A stretch of DNA of 64,000 nt, taken from positions 1,054,001 to 1,118,000 of the forward strand of contig CP145415.1 in NCBI GenBank assembly GCA_036867785.1, in the 5' to 3' direction. The translations under genes were made by a program, and so were the position numbers. Each line of letters starts with the position of its first letter. Positions within the stretch are counted from its first letter, which is position 1. A model generated the notes under the pieces. It saw only the letters and a program-made list of their open reading frames with translations. It was not told the origin of the DNA and made no database searches. This document shows, one piece after another, positions 63,747 through 64,000 of this stretch. This DNA comes from Plasmodiophora brassicae (lineage: Eukaryota).

Positions 63747-64000
63747 CCGTGCCTTGTCGTGGGATCGGGGCCGCCAGACCATGTCGGACGCACGCGAAGA
63801 GGGTGCTGCCGTCAAGCAGGAGAAGCACGCGCCGTACCTGGCGGCGACGATGCAGCGCGCGAAGACATTCCTTGGCCTGATCCGGGATGTCCAAGGGTCC
63901 ATCGACCCGCCCGGTCGGTCGTCGCACAATTTCGCGAAGCGCGACACGCTCGTCGTTGCTCGTGTCCGGCCCCGGCTGCAACGGGAAATCGACGCTGGCC

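Noticed and set aside
63351..63981. Overlapping ORFs at the window end
   Set aside because: They run through a CA microsatellite with no protein-like features; probably intergenic or UTR.

Overview
Gene-dense eukaryotic nuclear DNA, GC-rich by eye, with about 38 protein-coding genes on both strands, very short GT-AG introns (mostly 50-65 nt) and intergenic gaps often under 300 nt. Together with a dynein-assembly gene (DNAAF4), this suggests a compact-genome flagellated protist. A plasmodiophorid such as Plasmodiophora is my inference, not something the sequence proves. Recognisable housekeeping genes: PHD-TFIIS-SPOC, PRODH, CaMK1-like kinase, CDF transporter, alpha-SNAP, ERH, ELP6, MTFP1, MTO1, NDC1, AVL9-like, FDXR, RPS15, DNAAF4, TAF10 and a CBS-domain protein. 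Most notable items: a voltage-sensor/adenylyl cyclase fusion with Arg at the usual substrate-specifying Lys; a 7TM-RGS protein; two inverted MscS-like paralogs; a Mia40/GCK-like protein with CPPC instead of CPC; a spliced ISG12/IFI27-motif gene; an intron-bearing bacterial-type Dcp peptidase; a twin-SAM protein with a duplicated unknown module; and a decayed element whose ~200-bp inverted arms appear built from its own 3' coding end. I found no rRNA, tRNA or CRISPR array. Exon boundaries were read by eye, so some gene ends are approximate. No single novel system is proven from sequence alone.
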